Translations under genes and position numbers: made by a program
In this document: piece by piece, positions 1-12,608 of the stretch
Numbering within the stretch: the first letter of the stretch is position 1
Layout: every line of letters starts with the position of its first letter
Notes under the pieces: model-generated
What the model was told of the DNA's origin: nothing
What the model saw: the letters and a program-made list of their open reading frames with translations, nothing else
Database searches by the model: none
NCBI GenBank assembly: GCA_030390025.1
Contig: CM059433.1
Location: forward strand, 32,180,001-32,244,000
Reading direction: 5' to 3'
Source of the DNA: Squalus acanthias
Taxonomy: Eukaryota
Length of the DNA stretch: 64,000 nucleotides

Positions 1-132
1 GTAAGCGTTCTCCAAGGCAGCCTTCGAGACACACGACAACGCAAAATCATCGAGCAGAAACTGATAGCCAAGTTCCGCACCCATGAGGATGGCCTCAACC
101 GGGATCTTGGGTTCATGTCACGCTACATGTAA
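1..132 (+). mobile_element. Penelope-like element, C-terminus of GIY-YIG endonuclease domain (runs off window start)
   Basis: Frame 1 reads VSVLQGSLRDTRQRKIIEQKLIAKFRTHEDGLNRDLGFMSRYM*, the R..EQ..I...T...GLN signature that ends PLE GIY-YIG domains. A PLE-type terminal segment follows. Confidence 0.8.
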
Positions 133-270
133 CGCCACCTGACGTAGAGTCATCCAGACTCGAGTCATCATTGGCTTCTTCACAGATGCGGCCGGACCTG
201 CTGTGATTTCCAGCAAAAAAAAGTAACAAGTTAAAAGTTTTTGGTTTTCCATACAGACTGCAGCATCTGC
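133..270 (+). mobile_element. PLE terminal-repeat fragment with decayed hammerhead motif
   Basis: CTGACGTagagtcatccagactcGA followed by cacagatgcggccggacctgctgtgatttccagca...ctgcagcatctgc, homologous to the PLE tail at 11040-11160. The core GA and GAAA are mutated. Confidence 0.7.
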
Positions 271-463
271 CACATCAGACCCCTTGTGACCCCACCTCAT
301 TGTCTTTGTTGTATTTTGCTATCGTCTTTGATGTAATGTCTTCCTGACTGTAAGGGGTTTTGTCGTGCTTGTATCGCAGACGGTGCTGGTGCGGGGTTAG
401 GCCTTCGTTGCCTAATACTATTGCTTGCTCTGGTCTCCGGCCAGCCTTGTTGCAATAAGCACC

Positions 464-2062
464 TGTGAGTGGTTCGACCCACTCGCCCTTACGGTTCTAA
501 CACTGGACTTAGGTGCGAGAGCAGTAATGCAGAGAAAAACTCAAATAGACCCGGTGGAATAGTACGAAACGGAAATCTTTATTGCATAGCGTCCAAAATC
601 ATGAAGTACATGTCATAGGTGCAAATTAACGAGAGTACAAGTATACATACATTCATAAAGCTTGGTCTATGGTAATGAAGAACGCACGGCACATCGTAAA
701 AAGGGGAACACATTATACTTTATCCTTAATAAAACCACCCTCCCCTATCAATACCTACACTACATCTAGATTTGTAGGATCTGGAAACATGCTCACCACT
801 CGTGATACTTCGGAGAATTTTAAAGTGAGGCACTCGGCTCGTTTCGCTGCAGCGCCTGACTGTCACATGTTTGGAGGGGTCTCTGTACCCCACTTGTTTA
901 TCTTCGCTGCTGCGGCAAGCAGGCTGGGCTCCCCGTTGTCAAGAAGAACTCGACAGCACTCGGGCCCGGCTGTAGAATTCAAAGAAAAGTCTTCCTGTAC
1001 CGACACCAGTTGTCGGTAGAATTCAAAGAAGAGTCTTTGACCGGTTCGTGCAGTAACCTGTAGAGTTCAAGAAATGGGTCGTATATTTTCGGGCGCAGTC
1101 GGGGTTTACTGACCGCGGCGGCACGTGGATTCTTCTTCTTCTCTTGTCATTTTGTCTTGTCTTGTTGGGCCTTCGGGTCCAAACACCGTTTACCGACTCT
1201 CGGGATGGTGCGCCCGGTCACTGGCCTTCGTCGAGGCGACTCGTTCCAATTGAGCCCCACCCAACATTCGAATAACCGTCCAGTGCGGCTAAAGTCCAGA
1301 GTCAACAGAGTCCAGAGAAAACACAGAAGGCTGCTCGTCCAGCAGAGCGATACCCGAGGATCAGAATAGGAGAATAAAAGTTCAGCCCGAGTCAAGAGTC
1401 CGCAGAGATAAGAGAGCGATGGACATTTGTTCACTATAGTTATAATGCTGTGTTCCCTTATCTCCCGCCCAAATCTTAATGTTTGTCCTTTGTGAAATAT
1501 TGGCGCTCAAAACTCCCAGCATGGGATGATTCTTGTCTTTAACGGGTTTCGGTAGCACCTGAGACTGGCACACTACCTGTTAATGTTTTCCCCATTGTTG
1601 GCCCAGCCAGGATCGTATGAATTGTCTCCCTGACTGGTTTTGGGGGCCCCCGAATACTTGTTTAATCACCCGAGAATGGCTCTCTCATTGTAGAGCCGTG
1701 GGGGTATTTGTGTATTGATGTGTCTGGATGGGCCTTCGATTGCCCAGTACAATGGTCCTTACTTGTGCATGGAAAACGATTCCAGCACTCATATCTTTTG
1801 CTATTGTCACAAATGCAAACAGGTTGCATCCTGTCTTTATCAGTGCTTATCGAGTATGATCCCGTCTTATATTGAAAATGTTTATTCGAACGCCATCTTG
1901 TCTGCCCACTGTACTTCTGGAAGCTTCTGCCACGAAGCGCGCCGGCCATTTTACAGGCTTCTGTGTCCTTTATATCATGACAGCATTTCGTTTAAATAAA
2001 CTGATCAAACGAATCTGCTTCTATCTTGTTATTTCGAATCGCGATAATTGCGAAACTTTACA
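464..2062 (-). mobile_element. Putative long LTR (ERV/Gypsy-like), solo or truncated provirus
   Basis: Minus strand begins TGTAAAG (2062) and ends CTCACA (464). It has a GC box then a TATAAC-like box near 1444, a pyrimidine-rich start, AATAAA at 583-578 and a terminal hairpin gagtgg-gtcgaa-ccactc. CpG-rich relative to flanks. No TSD or PBS was recognised. Confidence 0.5.
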
Positions 2063-2070
2063 TGACTGAC

Positions 2071-2321
2071 CTGGTTGGACACCATCCACACCTTTGATTG
2101 CCGTGATTGTCTCTCTGCCGAGGTGTGATAAAGGGCAGTTAGAAAGATTAACTGTAGTCGTCTGGCATTGTTCTCTGCACAGGCATTGTTCTCTGTCTAT
2201 ATATGCTGTGCCCATTTGTATTTCTTCACTTCACCTGACGAAGGAGCAGCGCTCCGAAAGCTTGTGATTTCAAATAAAGCTGTTGGACTATAACCTGGTG
2301 TTGTGCGACTTCTCACTTTTG
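2071..2321 (+). mobile_element. Penelope-like pseudo-LTR fragment
   Basis: TATA-like tctatatat, then a hammerhead motif, then AATAAA and ...tgttggactataacctggtgttgtgcgact, an arrangement typical of PLE pLTRs. Confidence 0.7.
2231..2267 (+). ncRNA. Minimal type I hammerhead ribozyme (PLE-associated)
   Basis: tcac-CTGACGA-a-ggagc agc gctcc-GAAA-gctt-gtga: stem I tcac/gtga, stem II ggagc/gctcc, palindromic AAGCTT in place of stem III. Confidence 0.85.
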
Positions 2322-2324
2322 AGA

Positions 2325-2709
2325 CAACAAAGTTCTGCCACCTGCAAATGATGATTGGTGGAACCTCCTTTTTAATAATGGAGCTGCAGCTGTTAGTAAG
2401 CAATCCACTTGTGAGCCGCTAGGATTAACTGGCGTGTTCCAGAGGAGATGTGCAGGACGGGGGAAATGTGTTAAAATCAGAAAGGCCTCTCAAAATGGGA
2501 TTTTAGAGGCAATTAACTGATTGTTAAGGGCCTTAAGGGCCTATCCCACCTCTTGGAGGCGGGATGGAAACGGGGTCTGATACCACGAATGTGGGAAAAT
2601 TGCTCAGAGGCGGGATGGAGGCGGGATCGGAACCACCCGCCATTTTTTGCGATTTTGACAACTCACACGCCCCCAAACCCGCCTCCTCGAGCCTGGTAAA
2701 ATCGAGCCC
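2325..2709. mobile_element. Terminal fragment of a Harbinger element (same family as 58655-61864)
   Basis: Aligns by eye with 60635-60775 joined to 61620-61864. Ends in TIR aaaatcgagccc followed by aaa. Confidence 0.75.
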
Positions 2710-2965
2710 AAAGTCCTCATTTAACAAGTCTGCCATTTCCTTATTGGCCATTACAGTCTTGCCTGCATCTGTCTCACACTCCCCTTTACGACTGTTTTAA
2801 TATATTTATAAAAACTTTTGCTGTTCGCTTTAATAAATCCTTTTAGCACCTCATTACTTTCCTTTTATCCTTTTGTTGCTTTTTATAGCTCTCCCACTCT
2901 CCCGGATTTCCATTTCTCCTTGCATTTGTGTAAGCCTTTTTGTTTAGCTCGATGCTGTCTCTCAC
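2710..2965 (-). mobile_element. CR1 LINE ORF2 fragment
   Basis: Minus strand reads KKAYTNARRNGNPGEWESYKKQQ... and NKEMADLLNEDF, typical of the CR1 tether region. Confidence 0.65.
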
Positions 2966-3251
2966 TGCCCAACACCTGCCCTTTAAATTGCGCCGCCGCC
3001 CGCTACCGCTGCTGCAAAACCACCCCCTGATCCTGTCACACATATCGCCTGCCAATAGGTCAGGGGCGCAAGGGAGGTTTGCTGCTGGGGCACAAACGGG
3101 GCACTGCGCACGGCAATGACGCCATCATCGCCGACGCTGAATTTCGCAGGAGACGTTAGCGACACCGTGCCCAGGCATTAGGGCATTTGCGCTCCGTTAG
3201 TGCCCCCCGGGGACACTAACGAGAGGCGCAAAGCCACCCAATTTCTGGCCC
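2966..3251. mobile_element. TIR end of a GC-rich Harbinger-type element
   Basis: Ends ...caatttctggccc, the same TIR type as 48429-48441 and 63595. Rich in ttagcgcc/gcgc subterminal motifs. Confidence 0.6.
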
Positions 3252-4728
3252 TCAGGCTTTTACCCTTGGGAGGCAGCGACTAACAAGCATATTAAACGAT
3301 ATCGTTGAAGAGAATCTGGATCACTAGCTCAAGGCAAGGCAAGACAATAGAATAATAACTTGTAAAAGACCAATTGATGACTGATGGAAGGCTACATTTC
3401 TTTACCCAAAGAGTGTTTGGCATTTGCAATGGTATTCCAGGTAAGAGGGGAGACGCTTAGATTGATTCAATATCCAGTTAAATGACCCGGTGGGACACTT
3501 TGGGACAAATTTCCACCTTCAGCTGTAAGTCAATTCCAGTTCAGTTTTCACTGCTTTAGAACTTGCCCGAATCTCAAAGACACATACCACTCAGTTCTCT
3601 GGTGTAAGCTCATTGGCATCATTTCACAACTCCAAGGCAAATTCAGATAGATCTAGGGATGATAACACGGTCGGAGAGGAAAGCTAAATTTGAAAGGATG
3701 AGAATAATTACAAGGGAGTGTCACAAGGAGGGGGACAAAAAATCAGAAAGCTTTTGGAGTGGCTTAAGAGACATCCCAACTGTCAGCAACTTTTACCACA
3801 GCTGGAAGGGAAGGATATTAAGAAGTGGCAGAAATGGACCCCTAGATGCAGGTATAAGTGACAGCACAGCCAGCAGCTGGCCTTCTCTTTGATGGCTACT
3901 GAACTATTTTTCCCAGACCTGCAAGTGAAGATGGGCCAAATGGTTTCCCTCATCTGTAATAATCATGTGATCTTGTGAAATATCCTGATGGCTACTTGAA
4001 GTATGTTTGGTCGTCTCCTGACAGGAACATGCCCACAAAATACTTAGAAAGGGACACTATTGGACACTGAAGACTTCCTCTAGTTATTGAAAAGGTAAAT
4101 GTCATGAGTTTTGAAAGTTAAAAATCAAGATGGTGGGTTCATGTTTTTTTTGAGTGCATGATTCTCATATTTCAACTTCAATTCCGTGGATTCCATGCTT
4201 GTCATAATGAGCCACCTAACACTTGTCAAGCAGCAAATGAGCCACATAAATGGTGATCCTGAAAAGGTCACTCATCTAACTGGGAAGTGCACAAAACCCA
4301 CACAACAGGATGCTGCAGCATAATGTAAAGCGAGTATGTTCCATGACATCCTGCAAGTGCCTATTCTATTGTGCCAGTGCAGCAACAAGACAGAGCAAAT
4401 CTCACACACAGCAGGGCCGTAATTCTATCTCCGAATCGACCACTGGAATTTGGGATGGAAACCGATCCCACTGTGGATTCCTTCTCATTTTATCGGTGCA
4501 GCCATTTTTCAGTGGGGGCAGTACGGCCATGTCTTGCACATCTGTGCATCCACCCTCAACCCGTGTCAAGTTGGCACATCTGGGGAAGTTCCCGGACTAC
4601 CCTGAGAATTCTGCCTTTGACGCCCTTCGAAAGCCTACGCAGAATTCTGACAGCTGGTGTGAGTTGTACTGAGGCAAATTTCTCACCAGCCAACGGTAAT
4701 CGATCTAGGAGGGGACTGATTACCTTTA

Positions 4729-5598
4729 AAGGTGACTCAGTGGGTAGCACTCTCACCTCTGAGTCATTGGTTGTGGGTTCAAGTCCGACACCAGAGATTG
4801 AGCACATAATCCAAACTGACTCTCCAGTTCAGTACTGAGGGAGTGCTGCACTGTTGGAGGTGTCGTCTTTCAGATGAGACACTGTGTACAGTTTTGTTCT
4901 CCTTATCTAAGGAAGGATATACTTGCCTTACAGGGGACATAACAAAGGTTCACTAGATTGATTCCTGGGGTGAGAGGACTGTACTAAGAGGATAGATTGA
5001 GTAGAATAGGCCTATATTCTCTGGAATTTAGAAGAATGAGATGTGATTTCAATGAAATGTATAAAATTCATAGAGGGCTTGACAGGGCAGATCTTGAGAG
5101 GTTGTTTCCCCTGTGTGGAGAGTCTAGAACTAGGGATTAGCCATTTAGGACTGAGATGAGGAGAAATTTCTTCACTCAGAGGGTTGTGATTCTTTGGAAT
5201 TCTCTACCCCAGAAGGCTGTGGATGCTCAGTCAAGGAGTATATTCAAGACTGAAATCAATAGGTTTTTGAACACGAAGGGAGTCAAGGGATATGGGGATA
5301 TGGCAGGAAAGTGGAGTTGATGTAGAAGTTCAGCCATGATCTTACTGAATGGCGCAGCAGGCTCGAAGGGCCATATGGTTTACTCCTGCTCTTAGTTCTT
5401 ATGTTCTTATATTCCTCAACCAACTTCACTATTTCAGATTATTTGGTCATTATCTCATTTATGTTTGTGGGAGCTTGCTGTGTGCAAATTGGCTACTGTG
5501 TTTCCTACATTACAACAGTGACTACTTCATTGACTGTAAAGCACTTTGGGACATCCTGAGGTCGTGAAAGGCACTATACAAATGCAAGTCTTTCTTCT
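4729..5598 (+). mobile_element. DeuSINE (SacSINE1/AmnSINE1-like) split by a CR1 3' fragment at 4881-5410
   Basis: tRNA-like head (gactcagtgggtagc...ggttcaagtcc) at 4729-4880. CR1 C-terminus and ttcttatgttcttat tail at 4881-5410. Deu core and tail (...aaatgcaagtctttc) at 5411-5598. Confidence 0.8.
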
Positions 5599-6414
5599 TT
5601 AAATAATCCTCTACTGGTTCCACTAATGGCCAAAGACCAAGAAGACTTACCTAGTTACTGGACCTGTCCTTTAACTCCTTTTCCTCCCTAGAGGTCAGTT
5701 TGTGAAAATTCTACTCTTCTGAATCAACTGTATTCCCTCAGTGTTTTTATCTTTTACATCTTCAACTCATTAGTCACAAAGTTTGGATTATAGCCATCAA
5801 TCTTTTTAATACATTTGCAATTGTTTTCTTAATTTTTATTTTATAAAGTCATGTTTTGCTGAATAGTTAACAACACTAAATAGCACATATAAATATTTAT
5901 TAGAAATTGCATATCTTCTGTAGACACAGCTGAAGCTAAAGTGGATAAGGAAATACTTCCTTACAAGTCAATAATTTATTTTGAGAAATTCATGCTTCCT
6001 CTATGCCTCTGTAACAATATTTGCCTGAATTGTATCAGCCATATCAATTAATATCCAAAGCACGGAATTATTTTTTAGTCTCTTTCATGTAATATGAAAT
6101 TTCAACTTTGCATAGTACCAGCATCAATGCTATCTTCATTTTCCCAGTGCTTTCCCAGCTCCGTGAGCAGGCTCATATAATAGATAACATATAACTCAAA
6201 GTTGTCATGCTGTCAGCTAGAGTAGTCATGCATCGTACCTAACTGAAGAGGTTCTGGCCTTTTATGTCAAATTACAACTTATTCCAAGGATATCCATGTA
6301 TTCTAACTTGAGGGTCTTGCCTTAGATATTCTTTCAAGTATATCAGTGTTAAGTAGTCTGTCCATCTTATGCTTAGGGATATGCCCGCAATATAATCGTG
6401 TAAACCAGTGTAAA

Positions 6415-6835
6415 ACAACAGGAGTAGGCCATTTAGCCCCTTGAGCCTGTTCTGCCGTTCAATGAGATCATGGCTGATCTGTGATCTAACTCCATATACT
6501 TGCCTTTGCCCCATATCCCTTAAAATCTTTGGTTAACAGAAATCTGTCAATCTCAGATTTAAAATTAACAATTGATCTGGCATCAATTACTGTTTTCAGA
6601 AGAGAGTTCCAAACTTCTACCACCCTTTGCGTGTCGAAGTGATTCCTAACTTCACTCCTGAAAGATCTGAATCTAATTTTTAGACTATGCCCCCTGGTCC
6701 TAGAATCCTCAACCAGTGGAAATAGGTTCTCTCTGTCTACCCTATCAGTTCCCTTAATATCTTGAAAACTTTGATCAAATCACCCCTTAACCTTTTAAAT
6801 TCCAGGGAATACAACCTTCATTTGTGCAATCTCTC
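6415..6835 (-). mobile_element. CR1 LINE 3' fragment
   Basis: Reverse complement of the CR1 3' UTR (caggagtaggccatttagcccc...atcatggctgatct) and of the ORF2 end. Confidence 0.8.
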
Positions 6836-8385
6836 ACAGAAACTGGGTATTCGTATAATTTGCACATTTGCTTTGTTAGTCTCTCTGTAACCAGACTGAA
6901 AAATACTTGGCAAACGAGTCCCGATATCAATCATTAAGCTGCTTCATTTCACAGCAATTATAATCAGACTCATTCACTTCTATTAGTAATTGTCTTCACG
7001 TAATAATACAAAACAATAAACACACTATGCATCCCCACATCAGTGGGTTACCTTGCTTGATTTAAAGTAACTAACCTGTCTTCTTTCATTCTACCATCTC
7101 ATACCATTTGCTGTCCCCTTTTGCTTCATGAACTAGTGTAGCATGTTCTTTCTTGTGTATTACTCCTAAGTATTGACCTATTGCAAGGAATAAGAGGCTT
7201 CCCGTCTGTTCACTGGAGGACCTGCATGCTCTGGAGTGCTTTTTCCGGTCACTTGCCCACAGAGGAATGCTGGTAATGGATTGATGGTGATTATTAAGTA
7301 CCACTTGCCCATCCCTGTGGTTCTTCCACAACTGGTGGCTTTGAGCAGAGTTTCTACCATTTTTGCAAGATCCCTGCATCCTTCCTTTATGGTTGTTTGT
7401 AGTATGTTTCAAAGCAAGTCAAAACTGGCTTTCATCTGGTCTTGGATGATAGCTCTCAACCACATTTCTGAGAGATGCACCAACTGTTTCAGTTAATGCT
7501 GTATGCTGCTGAATGGGTATTCACATAACAGACAGCTCTTACTGCATGACCTGAAGCAGGTGGGTGATAGAATCTACCACTCTGCCCTAACTAGCTTGCA
7601 TCCTCTCCCACCATGAATCAAATAACATCTTCACCAATCCATGCTCATGAAGGATCCTCTACTTCATCAGCAGTCCTGTGAGGTCAGAATTACAAAGAAA
7701 CTCAGCAGGGCTCATGGCCTTGTTGAAACTCTGGCTTTACAGTAGCCAGCCCTTCTTTCACCCTTCCTCTACCATCTCACACCCTTTGCTGTCCCCTTGT
7801 GCTTCGTGAACCAAGCACTGCGGTTCATTTCTGGAGGGATAGAATTGTAAAGCAGAGAAGTTATTTTAAACTTGTATCAAACTACCCCTTCTTTCACCCT
7901 TTCTCATCCATCAGTGACTCTGATGTGTGGCTTTATCAAAGCCACTAATATCCACTGAAGCACGCATGTCTGGATTGACAACTATATCAAGTAATGGGGT
8001 TGATGCACACTACTAAGTCTCGCTTGATGGTTCCACAGGAACAACTTTCTCCTCCTGCGCTTGTGGACTTCTAATAAACAAACCATGGCACAGGAAGGCG
8101 TTGTAACCTGTATTGTTTTGAAATGACAATAGATGCCATATTTCATGGTAAACAAAAGCATTGCTTTGAATTTGATTAACATAATTATCATAGTGAACAT
8201 ATCAGGTTATCAATATGCAAACCAGTAGCATTCATCCTCTCCTTTATCTTCAGCAGTCCTGGGATCCTGTAAGGCCTTCCTAGTTCACAAAATCTGTAAT
8301 AACCAGCTCAAGAATGGCAACATCGCCCGACTATGCCCCTGCCTCAGCTCATCTGCTGCTGAAACTCTCATCCATGCCTTTGTTA

Positions 8386-9008
8386 CATCGCGTGTACAGC
8401 ACAGAAACAGACCATTCAGCCCACCTGGTCTATGCCGGCGTTTATGCTCCACACGAGCCTCCTTCCACCCTATTTCATTTAAGCCTATCAGCATATCCTT
8501 TTATTCCTTTCTCCCTCATGTGCTTATTAAGCTTCCCCTTAAATGTATTTATGCTACTTGCCTCAATTATTCCTTGTGGTAGTGAGTTCCACATTCTTAC
8601 CACTCTCTGGGTAAAGAAATTTCTCCTGAATTCCTTATTGGATTTATTAGTGACTATCTTATGTTGATGACCTCTAGTTTTGGACTCTCCCACAAGTAGA
8701 AACATCTTCTCTATGTCTACCCTATCAAACCCCTTCATAATCTTAAAGACCTCTAACATGTCACCCCTCAGCCTTCTCTTTTTTCTAGAAAAGAGTCCTA
8801 ACCTGTTCAGCCTTTCCTGAAATGTATAACCTCTCAGTTCTGGTATCATCCTTGTTAATCTTTTTTGCACCTTCTCCAATGCCTCTATATCCATTTTATA
8901 ATATGAAGACCAGAACTGTACACAGTACTCCAAGTGTGGTGTAATTAAGGTTTGATGCAAGTTTAACATAACTTCTCTGCTTTGCAATTCTATCCCTCTA
9001 GAAATGAA
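8386..9008 (-). mobile_element. CR1 LINE 3' fragment (ORF2 C-terminus plus UTR)
   Basis: PHLEYCVQFWS...LEKVQKRLTRMIP...RLRGDM...FFTQRVVRMWNSLP within ORF 8475-9191. Confidence 0.9.
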
Positions 9009-11170
9009 CCCCAACTCTCCAACACCTCCTCCTACCTCCGCCTGGACCATGACCCCACTACCGAACATCAATCCACCATTTCCAAGACTATCACTGACCT
9101 CATCTTCACTGGAGATCTTCCCCCCACGGCCGCCAACCTCATAGATCCCCAACCCCGCACAGCCCGCTTCTACCTCCTTCCCAAGATCCACAAACAGGAC
9201 TGCCCTGGTAGACTCATCGTTTCAGCCTGTTCTTGCCCCACGGAACTTATCTCTTCCTATCTCGACTCTTTTTTCTCCCGTTGTACAGTCTCTTCCCACC
9301 TACATCCGCAACTCTTCCGACGCCCTCCGCCATTTTAACAGCTTCCAGTTTCCTGGCCCCAACCGCCTCCTTTTCACCATGGACGTACAATCCCTCTACA
9401 CCTCCATCCCCCACCAGGATGGCCTGAGGGCACTCTGACTCTTCCTTGAACAGAGGCCCAACAAGTCCCCATCCACCACCACCCTCCTCCGTCTGGCTGA
9501 ACTTGTTCTCACATTGAACAGCTTCTCCTTTGACTCCACTCATTTCCTCCAAATCAAAGGTGTTGCGATGGGAACCCGCATGGGTCCTAGCTATGCCTGC
9601 CTTTTCGTGGGATATGTGGAACACTCTTTGTTCCAGTCGACTCAGGTCCCCTCCCTCACCTCTTTTTCCGGTACATTGATGACTGTATCGGTGCCATTTC
9701 TTGCTCTCACCCTGAACTAGATAATTTCATTTGCTTTGCTTCCAATTTCCACCCTTCCCTCACCTTCACATGGTCCATCTCCGACTCTTCCCTTCCTCAA
9801 CTTCTCCGTCTCCATCTCTGGGGATAAGTTATTGACAAACATTCTCTACAAGCCCACTGACTCCCACAGGTACCTGGACTACACTTCCTCCCACCCCGCC
9901 TCCTGTAAGGACTCTATTCCATTCTCCCAGTTTCTCCGTCTCCGCCGCATCTGCTCTGACGATGCCACCTTCCATACCAGTGCTTCCGACATGTCTTCCT
10001 TTTTCCTCAACCGAGGATTCCCCTCTACAGTGGTTGACACGGCCCTCGACCGTGTCCGTTCTATCTCCCGCACTTCTGCCCTCACCCCTACCCCTCCCTC
10101 CCGGAACCTCGATAGAGTTCCCCTTGTCCTCACCTTTCACCCCACCAGCCTCCACATTCAACGGATCATCCTCCGCTATTTCCGCCACCTCCAGCATGAT
10201 CCCACCACCAAACGCATCTTCCCCTCACCTCCCCTTTCAGCATTCCGTAGGGACCGCTCCCTCCGCGACACCCTAGTCCACTCTTCTATCACCCCCAGCA
10301 CCCCTTCCCCTTCGCGCGGCACCTTCCCGTGCAAGCGCAGGAGATGCAACACATGCCCTTATACCTCCCCCCTTCCCACTGTCCAGGGCCCCAAACACCC
10401 CTTCCAGGTGAAACAGCGATTTACTTGTACTTCTTGCAATTTAGTATACTGTATTCGCTGCTCACGATGTGGTCTCCTCTACACTGGGGAGACCAAACGC
10501 AGATTGGGTGAGTGCTTTGCAGAACACCTCCGTTCAGTCTGTAAAGGGGACCCCGAGCTTCCAGTTGCTTGTCACTTTAATTCTTCGCACCACTCCCACT
10601 CAGACCTCACCGTCCTCGGCCTCTTGCATTGTTCCACTGAAGCTCAGCGTAAGCTCGAGGAACAGCACCTCATCTTTTAATTAGGCACTTTACAGCACTC
10701 TGGACTCAACATAGGGTTCAACAATTTCAGATCATAACTTCGGCCCCTATCATATATATTTTTTATCCACACTTTTTGTTTGTGCCTTTTGTTCTTCTCT
10801 CCCACATGGCAGCTGTCCTTCATTCTGCCAGCGCAATTCACACTTCATCTAGAACCATCCTTTGTTTCTTAACCTGTCCCATTACCATCTCCTTTTGCCT
10901 TGAATATCTCTTAATGTCTCTTTAATTCTCCTGCCTTTTATCCTATCACAGACCTTCCCTTTTGTTCTTTCATCTCCTCCCCCATTTCCCAGCCCCTAAA
11001 CTTGCTTTAAAATCTGTTCCATGTCCTGCTTTTTTCCAGTTCTGACGAAAGGTCTTCGACCTGAAACGTTAACACTATTTCTCTCTTCACAGATGCTGCC
11101 AGACCTGCTGAGTGTCTCCAGCATTTTCTGTTTTTATTTCAGATTTCCAGCATCTGCAGTATTTTCTTTT
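9009..11170 (+). mobile_element. 5'-truncated Penelope-like retroelement (Neptune-type), frameshifted RT plus GIY-YIG
   Basis: RT motifs FYLLPKIHK, MDVQSLYT, GVAMGTRMGPSYA and RYIDD (near 9668) occur across several frames. ORF 9736-10680 has YKPTDSH, a Cys linker CKRRRCNTC and the GIY-YIG motif NLVYCIRCSRCGLLYTGETKRRL. The 3' repeat carries a hammerhead. Confidence 0.92.
11038..11074 (+). ncRNA. Minimal type I hammerhead ribozyme (PLE-associated)
   Basis: gtt-CTGACGA-a-aggtc ttc gacct-GAAA-cgtt-aac, with palindromic AACGTT as stem III. Confidence 0.85.
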
Positions 11171-11171
11171 T

Positions 11172-12020
11172 GCCCCAGTGCTTGGTTTGCCTTAGTAACC
11201 TGCATCTCTACTTTTAGTGATTTGTGATTTGTGTATTTGTACCCCTAAATCCCTTTGCTCCTCTATCCCATTCAGACTTTTATTATCCAAGCAGCATCTG
11301 GCCTCCTTATGCTTCTTACCAAAATGTACCACCTCACACTTATCTATATTGAAATTCATTTGCGAATTGCACACCCATTCTGCAAGTTTATTAATGTCTT
11401 CCTGTAGTTTGTCATATTCTTCCTTTGTATTAACTAAACCCCCAATTTGGTGGCGTCCACAAACTTTGAAATTGTACTTCCGATTTCTGAGTCCAAATCA
11501 TTAATGTAAATTGTGAACAACAGTGGTTCCAGCACCGATCCGTATGGAACACCACTTCCTACCTTTTGCCAGTCTGACTAACTACCCTTAACCCCAACTC
11601 TGTTTTGTAGCCAGCTTGCTATCCATTCTGCTACTTGTCCACTGACTCCACATGTTCTGACCTTAGTCATGAATCTACCATGCGGTATCTTATCGAAGGC
11701 CATTGAAAATCCAAATATATTACATCTATTGCATTACTCTTTAATACTCTTTCTGTCAGCGCTTCAAAGAATTCAATAAGGTTGGTCAAGCATTACCTTC
11801 CCTTTTGAAATCCGTGCTGACTGCTCTTTATTATATTTTTGGTTTCTAGATATTTTTCTATTACATCTTTGAGTAAAGATACCATTATCTTTCCTACCGC
11901 TGATGTTAAGCTAACTGGACTATAGTCCCCTGAACTTGTTCTATCTCCCTTTTTACATATAGGAACAACATTAGCTGTCAACCAGTCCTCTGGCACTATT
12001 CCCCTTTCTACTGAATTGAT
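11172..12020 (-). mobile_element. CR1 LINE RT fragment
   Basis: PEDWLTANVVPICKKGDR...YSPVSLTS and MNFNIDKCEVVHFG in minus-strand ORFs. Confidence 0.88.
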
Positions 12021-12059
12021 AATATATACGCAGATTCAATCCATCCATTACCTATAGAC

Positions 12060-12608
12060 TCGACTATTCCAATCATCTCCTGGCCAGCCTCCCACCTTGC
12101 ACCCTCCATTAACTTGAGCTCATCCAGAACTATGCTGCCTGTACCTAACTTGCACCAAGTCCATTCATCCATCACCCCTGTGCTCGCTGACTTACATTGT
12201 CCAGCAAAGCATCGATTTTAAAATTCTCATTCTTGTTTTCAAATCCATCCATGGCCTCGTTCTTCCCTATCTCTGTCACCTCCTCAGTCCTACAACCCTC
12301 CGAGATCTCTGCGCTCCTCCAATTCTGGCCTCTTGCGCATCCCTGATTTTCATTGCTCCACCATTGGCAGCTGTGCCTTCAGTTGCCTAGGCCTTAAGTT
12401 CTGGAATTCCCTCCCTAAACCTTTCCACCTCTCTCTCCTCCTTTAAGACACTCCTTCAAACCTACCTCTTTGACCAAGCTGTTGGTCACCTGTCCTAATA
12501 TCTCCTTATGTGGCTCGGTATCAAATTTTGTTTGAAAATCGCTTCTGTGCAGCACCTTGGAATGTTTTACTACATTAAAGCCGCTATACAAATGCAAATT
12601 GTTATTGT
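12060..12608 (+). mobile_element. L2 LINE 3' end
   Basis: Decayed LELIQN.AA...ITPVLADLH...FKILILVFK coding remnant and the tail ccgctatacaaatgcaaattgttattgtt. Confidence 0.8.

Noticed and set aside
972..1075. CRISPR array
   Set aside because: Only 2-3 imperfect repeats with short spacers, in a vertebrate context with no cas genes.
8475..9191. 238-aa ORF as a novel gene
   Set aside because: Chance fusion of antisense Penelope sequence with the CR1 ORF2 C-terminus.
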